Part shown: positions 26,864 through 34,817 of the stretch, one piece after another
Layout of the letters: the number at the start of each line of letters is the position of its first letter
Numbering within the stretch: position 1 is the first letter of the stretch
From: Flavobacteriales bacterium
GTDB lineage: Bacteria > Bacteroidota > Bacteroidia > UBA10329
Assembly: GCA_041687875.1 (NCBI GenBank)
Contig: JBDNJH010000190.1
Location: 1-46,020, forward strand
Direction: 5' to 3'
DNA length: 46,020 bases
The notes under the pieces: generated by a model
Told to the model about the DNA's origin: nothing
Databases searched by the model: none
The model's input: only the letters and a program-made list of their open reading frames with translations
Program-made: the position numbers and the translations under genes

Positions 26864-27694
26864 TCAAATCTTTCTGTAAATTTTTTCCTTCGCATCAATC
26901 ACTTCAAACGCTAATCGGTCGTCAGAAAAAAGGAGGCTTTCCTTCGACCCTAAACAAAGAAACCCGCCAGTAACAAGGCTGTTCTTAAATAAATGCAGTA
27001 CTCGCGACTGAAGAGGTTTCTGAAAATAAATGAGCACATTTCTGCACATAATAAGGTTGAACTTATTGAATGAGCCATCCGTAACCAGATTGTGCTCAGA
27101 AAACATCATTTGCCTCTTAAATAAGTCATTGAAGACCGCATTGCCGTAAGAAGAAGAATAGTAGTCAGAAAACGAGGCATTCCCACCACTCAACAGGTAG
27201 TTTTGGGCGTATTCGGTAAAATTCCGTGCTGGGTAAATGCCATGTTTCGCCCTTTGTAAAACGTCAGGGTTTAAGTCTGTTCCATGAATAGTAGCGCTGT
27301 CCAAAAGCGAAGCTTCGTGCAACAGGATTGCCAGTGAGTAAACCTCTTCTCCTGTTGAGCAAGCAGCATGCCATATCTTTAACTTCTTCTGCCGGCTTAA
27401 TTCTGGCAATACCTTTTTTCTAATGGCAGCAAAGAAGCCTGGGTCGCGGAACATTTCGGTCACATTAACCGTTAGTTCCTTCAGAAATCTCGAAAAATAG
27501 TCCGTGTCTTCAGAAACACGAAGAAGAAGAGAATCAAAGTTCCCGTTTGCATCCTTGTCGGCAATTCGCTGGATGCGTCTTGTAAACGATGCGCGTGCGT
27601 AACCAGAAAAATCAATTCGATGATTGCGGTTAATCACGGCAATCACTTTTTCAACGTCCACTTCTCCAATCGCAACTCGTTTGCTTTCTTCCAT
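26864..27694 (-). CDS. cheR: CheR-type protein-glutamate O-methyltransferase (stand-alone)
   Basis: ATG at 27692-27694 (the track start at 27709 is TTG). It has an N-terminal CheR helical domain, then TEMFRDPGFF, KIWHAACSTGEEVYSLAILL, GTDLNPDVLQRAKHGIY and LIMCRNVLIYF. Confidence 0.85.
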   Translation of the reverse strand: MEESKRVAIGEVDVEKVIAVINRNHRIDFSGYARASFTRRIQRIADKDANGNFDSLLLRVSEDTDYFSRFLKELTVNVTEMFRDPGFFAAIRKKVLPELSRQKKLKIWHAACSTGEEVYSLAILLHEASLLDSATIHGTDLNPDVLQRAKHGIYPARNFTEYAQNYLLSGGNASFSDYYSSSYGNAVFNDLFKRQMMFSEHNLVTDGSFNKFNLIMCRNVLIYFQKPLQSRVLHLFKNSLVTGGFLCLGSKESLLFSDDRLAFEVIDAKEKIYRKI

Positions 27695-27768
27695 AAACCT
27701 CAGTTGCAAACTTGAACGTTCGTAATATAATTTGATTTTAGACGGTGTCTCAAAAGACAGCGAGACGT

Positions 27769-28776
27769 TTACTTTTTGATTGACAGGAGCGTAGTGTGAA
27801 CCCTATTCTCGGAATGCACAGCCAATAAATAAATACCAGACGGAAGGTTGCCAGTTTGAACTCTTGTAACCCCAACACCAGATGCGACAGACTGATTTAA
27901 AATCGCCTGACCAAGGTTGTTGTAAATTGAAATAAGCATTAAACCGTTGGTTTTTGATTTCATTTCAATGGTGAAGTTACCATCGTTCGGATTTGGGTAA
28001 ACGCTGAAAAAGGCTTCTTCAGTTCGCTCTTCTATATCCACGCTTTCCAAATTTAAGAAAGCAGTATCGCTTCCGCAGTTATTGAAAGCCACTAAATACA
28101 TCTCCAACGTGTCGCTTGTGGAAAAGGAATGTGTCGGTTCAAAATCGATACTTGTTGTTCCGTCACCGAAATTCCATTCATAGCTCGTAGCATCATACGA
28201 GAGGTTGTTGAATTCAATATCGAACATGGTGAGGTTTGGGGAAAAAGCAGCAGTTGGCAGTGGATCAACTATGATTTGAACCGAGTTTGAAGAACTAGAA
28301 CACCCAATCCAATCTTCAATGGAAACAACATAGGTTCCACCTTCAAAGATTGTTATTTCGTCACTTACCGAACCAGTATTCCATTCGTAATATGGATACC
28401 AAGTAGTAACGGAAAGCACTACACTCTCTCCTTCGCAGAATTGAGTTGGACCGCTTACATCTATTGTAGGTTGAGGAGGATTTGCAACTTGGTTGACTTG
28501 GAAGGTTATTGTATCCGTGCAGCCCGTGTAATGTGTTACAACAGCAGAATAAGTACCTGCAGTAAGAAGAACGCTTTGGTCTGTTTGACTGGTTGGTAGC
28601 CATTCGTAGCCAACATAAGTTTCGTTTATGCTGAGTTGACAACCAGACGAACCAACACAATAATCCGTGTTTCCCAATAAGGTTAGCGGCAAATTAGGCG
28701 GGCAGTTGACTTGAGCAACTACCTGAGTCGTCACCATCACTAAAAACGAAAAAAAGAATGCTGCTCTGAAAGTCAT
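27769..28776 (-). CDS. Secreted Ig/PKD-domain protein with T9SS type-A sorting domain
   Basis: ATG at 28774-28776 gives the signal peptide MTFRAAFFFSFLVMVTTQVVAQ. The longer track ORF would run through the upstream gene's terminator. There is a PKD-like block (YEWNFGDGTTS...) and a C-terminus of FSVYPNPNDGNFTIE...LPSGIYLLAV. Confidence 0.8.
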   Translation of the reverse strand: MTFRAAFFFSFLVMVTTQVVAQVNCPPNLPLTLLGNTDYCVGSSGCQLSINETYVGYEWLPTSQTDQSVLLTAGTYSAVVTHYTGCTDTITFQVNQVANPPQPTIDVSGPTQFCEGESVVLSVTTWYPYYEWNTGSVSDEITIFEGGTYVVSIEDWIGCSSSSNSVQIIVDPLPTAAFSPNLTMFDIEFNNLSYDATSYEWNFGDGTTSIDFEPTHSFSTSDTLEMYLVAFNNCGSDTAFLNLESVDIEERTEEAFFSVYPNPNDGNFTIEMKSKTNGLMLISIYNNLGQAILNQSVASGVGVTRVQTGNLPSGIYLLAVHSENRVHTTLLSIKK

Positions 28777-28825
28777 CGCTGGTAAAAATAATACTTCGCC
28801 ATAGAGTGGCGGGCTTGATGGTGAG

Positions 28826-28860
28826 AAATAAAAAAAGGCGATGAATTTCTTCACCGCCTT
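28826..28860 (-). terminator. Rho-independent terminator after the 264-aa T9SS cargo gene
   Basis: The minus-strand RNA reads AAGGCGGUGAA-gaaa-UUCAUCGCCUU, an 11-bp stem including one G.U pair. It is followed by UUUUUAUUU and lies 22 nt past the stop at 28882. Confidence 0.65.
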
Positions 28861-28881
28861 TCAAAACTGAAATGATTCAGC

Positions 28882-29676
28882 TTATTTCTTTTGTGTTCTA
28901 ATTAATGCTTGATGTCCATTGATGTTAGCTTTCACCAAATAGATTCCAGCTGGAACAGGCGAAAAATCCATATTCAATCTGTTTGCTCCAACCCGGATAG
29001 ACCTAGATGAAGTTTGAACCAAGGCACCTGTAATCGAATAAACCTCAATTGTAGCCACTCCAGCAACAGTTGAGTTTACATCCAAGGTAGAAAGACCTTC
29101 GGTTGGGTTAGGGTAAAGACCAAGAGAGAACACACCATTGGTTTCTTTAATTCCGCTAGGGCCAGCCACTGACATTGTGTAGCCGTTTTCGTCTAATGCT
29201 GTAGGCACTGCCTGTGGAAAAGCAATCGTCTGGCTAATAGGCGCAGGAAGTGTTGCAGAACCATTGGTAAGCGAGGTTACGTTAATAGTGAAAACACCAG
29301 CAGCTGTAGGAGTACCTGAAATGGTAATAGTTCCACTAGCACCTGCAACATACATACACGGAGTAGCATCGCAAACCGCAGTTAAACCAGCAGGAAGACC
29401 AGTTACGGCCCATGAAACATTGGTAACAGTGGCAGAAAGATCCAAGTTTGGATTTGGAATTGGAATTGGAACACCAGGAATAGAAATTGGGCTACCTAAC
29501 ACGGAGGTGTTAACGTCTGCGGTTGCAGGAACAGTGAAGTTCAGAACCTGACCAGCGTAGACCTGATTAATCGTGCCGCCAGCCAAGGCAGAACCACCAG
29601 CTGGGCTGAAGGTCTGTGCCTGTGCAGAAAAAAGCGCAGCACTAAGAGTAATAACAGAAAGTAAAGTTTTTTTCAT
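28882..29676 (-). CDS. Secreted protein with T9SS type-A sorting domain
   Basis: 264 aa with signal peptide MKKTLLSVITLSAALFSAQAQ and a T/G/A/V-rich beta-type body. The C-terminus is LGLYPNPTEGLSTLDV...VPAGIYLVKANINGH. Confidence 0.8.
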   Translation of the reverse strand: MKKTLLSVITLSAALFSAQAQTFSPAGGSALAGGTINQVYAGQVLNFTVPATADVNTSVLGSPISIPGVPIPIPNPNLDLSATVTNVSWAVTGLPAGLTAVCDATPCMYVAGASGTITISGTPTAAGVFTINVTSLTNGSATLPAPISQTIAFPQAVPTALDENGYTMSVAGPSGIKETNGVFSLGLYPNPTEGLSTLDVNSTVAGVATIEVYSITGALVQTSSRSIRVGANRLNMDFSPVPAGIYLVKANINGHQALIRTQKK

Positions 29677-29711
29677 TTTTTTTGGAGTTGACTTGGTTAA
29701 CTAGAATACGA

Positions 29712-29719
29712 CAAAGATA
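29712..29719 (-). promoter_or_regulatory. Candidate Bacteroidota sigma-A -7 box (TATCTTTG, consensus TAnnTTTG)
   Basis: An exact consensus match lies 36 nt upstream of the ATG at 29676. A TTTG lies 14 nt further upstream, which is suboptimal spacing. Confidence 0.3.
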
Positions 29720-29774
29720 TAAAAGCAACCATTCAAAGCCGAAGACGAAAAAAAATTACCGGTGATTGGAAATG

Positions 29775-29810
29775 AAAAAGGTGTCTCGAAAATTTTCGAG
29801 ACCTATTTTT
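29775..29810 (-). terminator. Palindromic bidirectional terminator (GTCTCGAAAATTTTCGAGAC) downstream of the small RHH-like ORF
   Basis: A 20-nt perfect palindrome at 29783-29802 is flanked by an A-run (29775-29779) and a T-run (29806-29810). On the minus strand it lies 31 nt after the small-ORF stop. Confidence 0.55.
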
Positions 29811-29832
29811 CGTTTCCAATTCCTGAAAGATG

Positions 29833-29994
29833 CTACACTCCAATCGGCATTCTGGTCTTTTCTACCAGAAGTAACTCAGTTAAAGACATGTTCATCATCA
29901 TCGCGATTTCACTCGCAAACCGCTGCTCAGAGGCCGTAAGCCGTCTTTTCATATTTCCTGTTTCCATGACTTCTATTTTTTTCTTTTGTTTCAT
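29833..29994 (-). CDS. Small ORF (53 aa), possible ribbon-helix-helix (CopG/MobC-like) protein
   Basis: Not in the track (<60 aa). The product is MKQKKKIEVMETGNMKRRLTASEQRFASEIAMMMNMSLTELLLVEKTRMPIGV*. A basic stretch with short beta-strand (RRLTAS) and two helices (A...MNMSLTELL) resembles RHH proteins. It has its own terminator. Confidence 0.3.
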   Translation of the reverse strand: MKQKKKIEVMETGNMKRRLTASEQRFASEIAMMMNMSLTELLLVEKTRMPIGV

Positions 29995-30125
29995 TGCGTT
30001 CTGAATTGATTAACGGTTGCTTTTCATTCCTGTTTCCGATATACGATTAACGACCATTTCCTTATGCCTAACGACACAGTTCTTCGCCAACCGACAAAAA
30101 GTGAATATCATTGCCTAAGATAAAA

Positions 30126-31043
30126 ATGAAGGTTCTCGTACTCTTTTATTCGCAAACTGGGCAGTTAAAGGAAATTGCCGACAACTGCATTTCCCCTATT
30201 CAAAATGACACTTCTATCGAGGTTGATTTCGTGAAAATCGAAACGGAGCATCAATTTCCATTTCCGTGGACACGACTCACATTTTTTAATGTTTTTCCTG
30301 AATCGGTCTATGGAACACCTTTCGAACTAAAGCCGATTGCTGTTGACCCAGCAACGAATTACGACCTTATTATCCTTGCCTACACCGTTTGGTACCTCAA
30401 TCCGAGCATTCCCATTGCTAGTTTACTGCAACACCAAGATGCCAAACGCATTTTCAAAGGGAAGAAAGTGGTTACGCTTCTCGGTTCGAGAAATATGTGG
30501 GTTTTGGCACAGGAAAAAGTGAAATGCCACTTGAAAACACTGGAGGCGGAACTGATAGGAAATATTGTCCTTATAGATAGGAACAAGAACCTCGTCAGCA
30601 TTATCACCATTATTAGGTGGATGTTCTATGGCAAGAAAAATCCGTTTTGGGGATTTCCCCGAGCGGGTATCATTCAGGAAGACATTGAGAGCAGCACACG
30701 ATTTGGAGAAGTTCTGCTCAATAAATTGAAGACAAACGACCTGACAGACATGCAGGAAGAATTAAACCAATTGGGAGCGGTTGACATCAATCCATCGCTC
30801 CTCATTCTTGAAAAACGTGCCTCTAAATTGTTTGGCATGTACGCTGGTTTTCTCAGCAAAAAAGGTGATTTTTTTAATAAGGATCGGTTGGGCCGTGTAA
30901 GTTTGCTTTCCTACCTTTTGCCAGTTGGCGCGTTTATCCTTTCGCCCATCACAACAATTTCTTCTTTCTTGATTTCTGTCATAAAGAGAAAGCAGTTGAA
31001 TGATGAGATTCGTTATTACAAACAGAATTCACTCCGTGAGTGA
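30126..31043 (+). CDS. darA: Dialkylresorcinol condensing enzyme DarA-like protein
   Basis: ATG at 30126 gives MKVLVLFYSQTGQLKEIADN..., a flavodoxin-like start, about 305 aa with a hydrophobic C-terminal segment. It lies immediately upstream of a KAS III-like gene, as in dar/flexirubin loci. The call is from memory of the family. Confidence 0.7.
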   Translation: MKVLVLFYSQTGQLKEIADNCISPIQNDTSIEVDFVKIETEHQFPFPWTRLTFFNVFPESVYGTPFELKPIAVDPATNYDLIILAYTVWYLNPSIPIASLLQHQDAKRIFKGKKVVTLLGSRNMWVLAQEKVKCHLKTLEAELIGNIVLIDRNKNLVSIITIIRWMFYGKKNPFWGFPRAGIIQEDIESSTRFGEVLLNKLKTNDLTDMQEELNQLGAVDINPSLLILEKRASKLFGMYAGFLSKKGDFFNKDRLGRVSLLSYLLPVGAFILSPITTISSFLISVIKRKQLNDEIRYYKQNSLRE

Positions 31044-31131
31044 ACATTTTTACGAGAATCTACTTATTTGAATTTGTGATATGCAAGCATACCTTTGCGC
31101 GGCCGAAAGCCGCCCCATTTAGATAGCGAAG

Positions 31132-32256
31132 TTGAAGGAAGTTTACATAACAGCATTATCCAAGTTTCTGCCTAACCAACCCGTTTCAAACGATGAAATG
31201 GAGGGCTTTTTAGGAATGATAGGAGGAAAGGCTTCGCGGGCAAGGAGAATTGTATTGCGGAACAACGGAATCAAAACCCGCTATTATTCGCTACTAAAAA
31301 ATGGAATGTTAAGTCATTCCAATGCCCAGTTGGTTGTTGAGTCGATAAAAGGACTGGGGATTTCATCGGCAGAAATTGAATTGCTCTCGTGCGGAACTTC
31401 TGCTACCGATCAAAATTTGCCTTCGCATACAGCCATGGTACACGGCTTACTGGATTCGCCCATGGAGATTATTTCACCATCGGGAGCTTGCTGTTCGGGA
31501 ATTCATGCCATGAAGTTTGGTTACCTGAGTATAAAATCAGGAGGAACCACTAATGCTGTTACTTCTGGTTCTGAGTTAATCTCGCCCATGATGATGGCGC
31601 GGAACTTTGAAGCTGAATCTCGTTCAGAATTAGAGCTAGAATCCAATCCTTTCATTGGTTTTGAGAAGGATTTTCTTCGTTGGATGTTGTCTGATGGAGC
31701 TGGTTCTGCACTAATGCAGGACAAGCCGAATAAAAACGGATTGTCTCTGAAGATTGAGTGGATAGAAAGCCGTTCGTATGCAAATGAGTACCAAACGTGT
31801 ATGTATTCGGCAGCCGATAAGAACAAAGATGGCTCTATTAAAAGTTGGAAGGAGATTGAACCTGCACAGTGGCTCGACCACAGCGTTTTTGCCATGAAGC
31901 AGGATGTGAAACTTCTCAGTAGCACCATTGTTCCGTTGGGAGGAAAATATTTGACCGAAATTGCCAAGCGAAGGAACTTGGATGTTTCTTCTGTTGATTA
32001 TTTTCTGCCCCACCTTTCATCTAATTTCTTCCGTCAGCAGGTTTATGACCAATTGAAAGCCGATCGCATGGAAATCACCGAAGACAAGTGGTTCACCAAT
32101 TTGGTTGAGGTTGGAAATATTGGCTCCGCTTCCATCTATATTATGCTGGAAGAGCTATTCAATTCAGGAAAATTGAAAAAAGGAGAGAAATTGCTTTTGA
32201 TGGTTCCCGAAAGTGCGCGTTTCTCTTATGCTTACGCGCTTCTAACTGTTTGCTGA
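31132..32256 (+). CDS. darB: DarB-like beta-ketoacyl-ACP synthase III family protein
   Basis: 374 aa starting MKEVYITALSKFLPNQPVSNDEME. It has an active-site Cys context (SGACCSGIHAMKFG) and a C-terminal GNIGSASIYIML. The apparent start is TTG at 31132. Confidence 0.75.
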   Translation: MKEVYITALSKFLPNQPVSNDEMEGFLGMIGGKASRARRIVLRNNGIKTRYYSLLKNGMLSHSNAQLVVESIKGLGISSAEIELLSCGTSATDQNLPSHTAMVHGLLDSPMEIISPSGACCSGIHAMKFGYLSIKSGGTTNAVTSGSELISPMMMARNFEAESRSELELESNPFIGFEKDFLRWMLSDGAGSALMQDKPNKNGLSLKIEWIESRSYANEYQTCMYSAADKNKDGSIKSWKEIEPAQWLDHSVFAMKQDVKLLSSTIVPLGGKYLTEIAKRRNLDVSSVDYFLPHLSSNFFRQQVYDQLKADRMEITEDKWFTNLVEVGNIGSASIYIMLEELFNSGKLKKGEKLLLMVPESARFSYAYALLTVC

Positions 32257-32269
32257 GTAGAAAATTGAA

Positions 32270-32713
32270 ATGCTCGTAAGCCGCGAAGATGTTCCGAAAT
32301 TCATCCCACAGCGGCAACCAATTGTGGTTGTTCACGGGCTTATTTCGCATACAGAAAATACATCCGTTTCGGAATTTCATGTGGAGGACGGGCATCTTTT
32401 TGTCCGCCATGGAAAATTATTGCCTTCGGGCTTGATGGAAAATATCGCACAAACTTCTGCTTTACGTTCTGGTTATCATTTCGCGCATCAAATGCAAGAA
32501 GGAGGAGAGATGAAAGAACCGCCTATTGGTTTTATCGGTGCCCTCAAGAACTTTGTAGTTTCGGATTTGCCTTCGGTTGGCTCAGTGCTAAAAACTACCG
32601 TTACCATAACATATGAAGTTATGGGAATGCAAGTGGTGGAAGCCAGCGTGGCATGTGGGAGAAATGTTATTGCCACTTGTGAGATGAAAATTTTTCTGAG
32701 TCAAGAAAATTAA
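32270..32713 (+). CDS. Hotdog-fold (FabZ/ApeI-like) 3-hydroxyacyl-ACP dehydratase family protein
   Basis: 147 aa. The motif IPQRQPIVVVHGL...ENIAQTSAL is typical of the small dehydratases found in flexirubin/aryl-polyene loci. It starts 13 nt after darB. Confidence 0.6.
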   Translation: MLVSREDVPKFIPQRQPIVVVHGLISHTENTSVSEFHVEDGHLFVRHGKLLPSGLMENIAQTSALRSGYHFAHQMQEGGEMKEPPIGFIGALKNFVVSDLPSVGSVLKTTVTITYEVMGMQVVEASVACGRNVIATCEMKIFLSQEN

Positions 32714-32771
32714 CAACCTAACGGGCAAGTCCCAATATTTAGCAAATTCGCACCTCAATAAGAGAAATGTC

Positions 32772-33029
32772 ATGGTAGAAGAATTGATTGAAAAGTTGAA
32801 AGTTCAGATTATCGAAACATTGAATTTGGAGGATTTAGCACCTGCAGATATTAATGCAAATGACCCGCTTTTTGGCGATGATGGCATCGGACTGGATTCA
32901 ATTGATGCGTTGGAGCTTATTGTGCTAATGAATAAGGAATACAACATTCAAGTTGCCGACCCAGAAGAAGGCAAGAATGTGTTCTATTCTATTAAGACAA
33001 TGGCCGATTATATTCAGGCCAATTCGTAA
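32772..33029 (+). CDS. Acyl carrier protein
   Basis: 85 aa with the phosphopantetheine attachment motif GLDSIDALELI. Confidence 0.85.
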   Translation: MVEELIEKLKVQIIETLNLEDLAPADINANDPLFGDDGIGLDSIDALELIVLMNKEYNIQVADPEEGKNVFYSIKTMADYIQANS

Positions 33030-33132
33030 AATTTTCGGTGGCCTTTTTGATTGCTAACCCTTAGATTGAAATGCTATTGCAGATTACAGCAGAGATGCCA
33101 AACGTCTGAGTTAATAATGGTTGGATTCCGAA

Positions 33133-33891
33133 TCAATAAACAACCACGCTGTCCAAATAAGCGGAAGCACTGGTTAGTTCTACAAGCCCGAGTCCTTGCT
33201 TGTAATACGAGCTCGAGCCCGTTCCGGCTGAGTAAGACACCACTTTAAGAAGACCTGAGTAGGAACATCCGTTTTGAGAACTCAAACTTGCTGTTGTACT
33301 TTCAATAACCACCGAATCTGTTCCAGCGATGGTCCATTGCATTCCAGCTGTTGGATTGGCAGGCAAATAAACCTCTTCGGCACTCAGCGCGTTGTTCCAT
33401 TTAAAAGTTTGTCCGCTTTCCTCTCGGAAATAATCGTGAATGGTTCCGAAAGCGCCAGTGGTAATCATATGAGAATAGAATTCTCCGTTGCCCAACTGAG
33501 TAACTTCCGTAATCTCCAGTTGAAACCATTGGCTGGCAGGCATCCGGTAGATCCAATAGCTGTTGACGGTGAGAGGAAAGTAGGAACTGCCTCCAGTTCC
33601 GGTACAAATGAAGTTTGGGTTGAGCACAGTCGTGTCGGTTACGCAAGCATTGCATGGTCCACCACAGTCGATACCCGTTTCTCCTTGATTTCTCAGACCA
33701 TCAAAACAGCTTCCGTTTGTAGTGTCGCATGGCACGCACGGCCCACCGCAATCTTCTTGCTCCTCGTTCTGATTTTTCTTGCCATCGTAGCAAGTTTCTT
33801 CGCAGGAAGATAGTCCTGAGATAACGAAGATGGAAACCACCATCAGGCACACCAGATCAATAATTCTATGTGGCCTTAGCGTGTTTTTCAT
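33133..33891 (-). CDS. Cysteine-rich lipoprotein of unknown function
   Basis: ATG at 33889-33891 gives MKNTLRPHRIIDLVCLMVVSIFVISGLSSC, a lipobox. Two tandem C.DG..NQ.E...DCGGPC..C modules follow, then a beta-rich ~190-aa body. The start overlaps the upstream stop (TAATG). Confidence 0.6.
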   Translation of the reverse strand: MKNTLRPHRIIDLVCLMVVSIFVISGLSSCEETCYDGKKNQNEEQEDCGGPCVPCDTTNGSCFDGLRNQGETGIDCGGPCNACVTDTTVLNPNFICTGTGGSSYFPLTVNSYWIYRMPASQWFQLEITEVTQLGNGEFYSHMITTGAFGTIHDYFREESGQTFKWNNALSAEEVYLPANPTAGMQWTIAGTDSVVIESTTASLSSQNGCSYSGLLKVVSYSAGTGSSSYYKQGLGLVELTSASAYLDSVVVY

Positions 33892-34757
33892 TACATGAAT
33901 AAGACGTTGCCTATCGTGTAAAGATTGGCTACAGGATTTACACACATGGTGGCAATCTGTGCATCGTTGTTAATCACTTTTTCGTGGTCTGCTCCTAAAA
34001 CGAAACCAGACACGCTTATTTCGCTGTCGTCTGTTAGAATTACCAACAAATCTGCGTTTACCTGAGAGGCGTATTTTATGCAGTTTTTGGCAAGACCACC
34101 GCTCTTTCCTGAATGTTCTACAGAGTATTTCACTCCGTTTTTCTTGAACATGTTTTCTGCCCAGGCAATGTTTGCGTTGCGTGCATTGTCAAGAAATTCA
34201 TCGCTTTCATAGCTAGCAAAAAGCTTCACTTCAGAGTCAAAGTGCTTTGCCATGGAAACGGAGTGAATAACCTTCTGCTTCGTTTCACGGCTCGAATCAA
34301 TTGGTAAAACCATTGTCTTGTAACCGTGTTTGGCCAAATCCTTTTTCTGGACAATAATTACCGGAACAGGAGAGGAGGTAATAACCTTTACGGCCCAAGC
34401 TCCTGTAATGTGTTGTAGGCCAATTACACCGTGTGTTCCCATTACTAGTAGGCGTGCACCAATCTCTTCTGCCACTTCGCCAATAGTTGTGAAAATGGTG
34501 CCTTCGCGTAAATGTGAATCTGCTTTTACGCCATATTTAGCTTTGATGTCGGCAACCTGAGCGTCCATTTTTGCATTCAAATCATCTAACGATTCGCCCG
34601 CTTTTTTGAGCTTGGTTTTTGTGTCACTATTCACAATATGCAACAGGCGCACTTCATCTCCAGAAACGGCAGCCAATGTTGCTGCGTGATTGATAGCAGT
34701 ATCTGCCGCCTTTGAAAAGTCGGTTGGTACAAGAATTATTGGTTTTTTCTCAGCCAT
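33891..34757 (-). CDS. Universal stress protein (tandem UspA domains)
   Basis: 288 aa with two Usp halves: ILVPTDFS...LLHIV...LLVMGTHG and MVLPIDSS...DLLVILT. Confidence 0.85.
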   Translation of the reverse strand: MAEKKPIILVPTDFSKAADTAINHAATLAAVSGDEVRLLHIVNSDTKTKLKKAGESLDDLNAKMDAQVADIKAKYGVKADSHLREGTIFTTIGEVAEEIGARLLVMGTHGVIGLQHITGAWAVKVITSSPVPVIIVQKKDLAKHGYKTMVLPIDSSRETKQKVIHSVSMAKHFDSEVKLFASYESDEFLDNARNANIAWAENMFKKNGVKYSVEHSGKSGGLAKNCIKYASQVNADLLVILTDDSEISVSGFVLGADHEKVINNDAQIATMCVNPVANLYTIGNVLFM

Positions 34758-34817
34758 GTCGGATCAGTTGTTTTTAGGGTTGCTAAAGTAGATGTTTTGA
34801 GTTCGCGGAAGGATAAA

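Noticed and set aside
26755-26973. A 72-aa + strand ORF starts inside the 21-bp palindrome and overlaps the cheR 3' end.
   Set aside because: It is antisense to a strongly supported CheR, begins within the hairpin, and has no motif.
26864-27694. The cheR gene might indicate a chemotaxis operon.
   Set aside because: Only CheR is present. No CheA/W/Y/B or MCP is found in the window, so no chemotaxis system can be called here.
29762-30004. An 80-aa + strand ORF lies in the T9SS-cargo/darA intergenic region.
   Set aside because: It runs straight through the palindromic terminator (29783-29802). Its product is a hydrophobic, Phe/Ile-rich low-complexity peptide. The minus-strand 53-aa ORF plus terminator gives a more coherent reading, though neither is proven.
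30126-33029. The locus might be a complete flexirubin pigment cluster.
   Set aside because: Only the dialkylresorcinol-type genes plus one hotdog and one ACP are present. None of the polyene, tailoring or export genes is in the window.
33016-33047. A weak hairpin (GGCCA...TGGCC followed by TTTTT) after the ACP gene might be a terminator.
   Set aside because: The stem is only 5 bp with a 17-nt loop, which is too weak to call. It is recorded only as a possibility.
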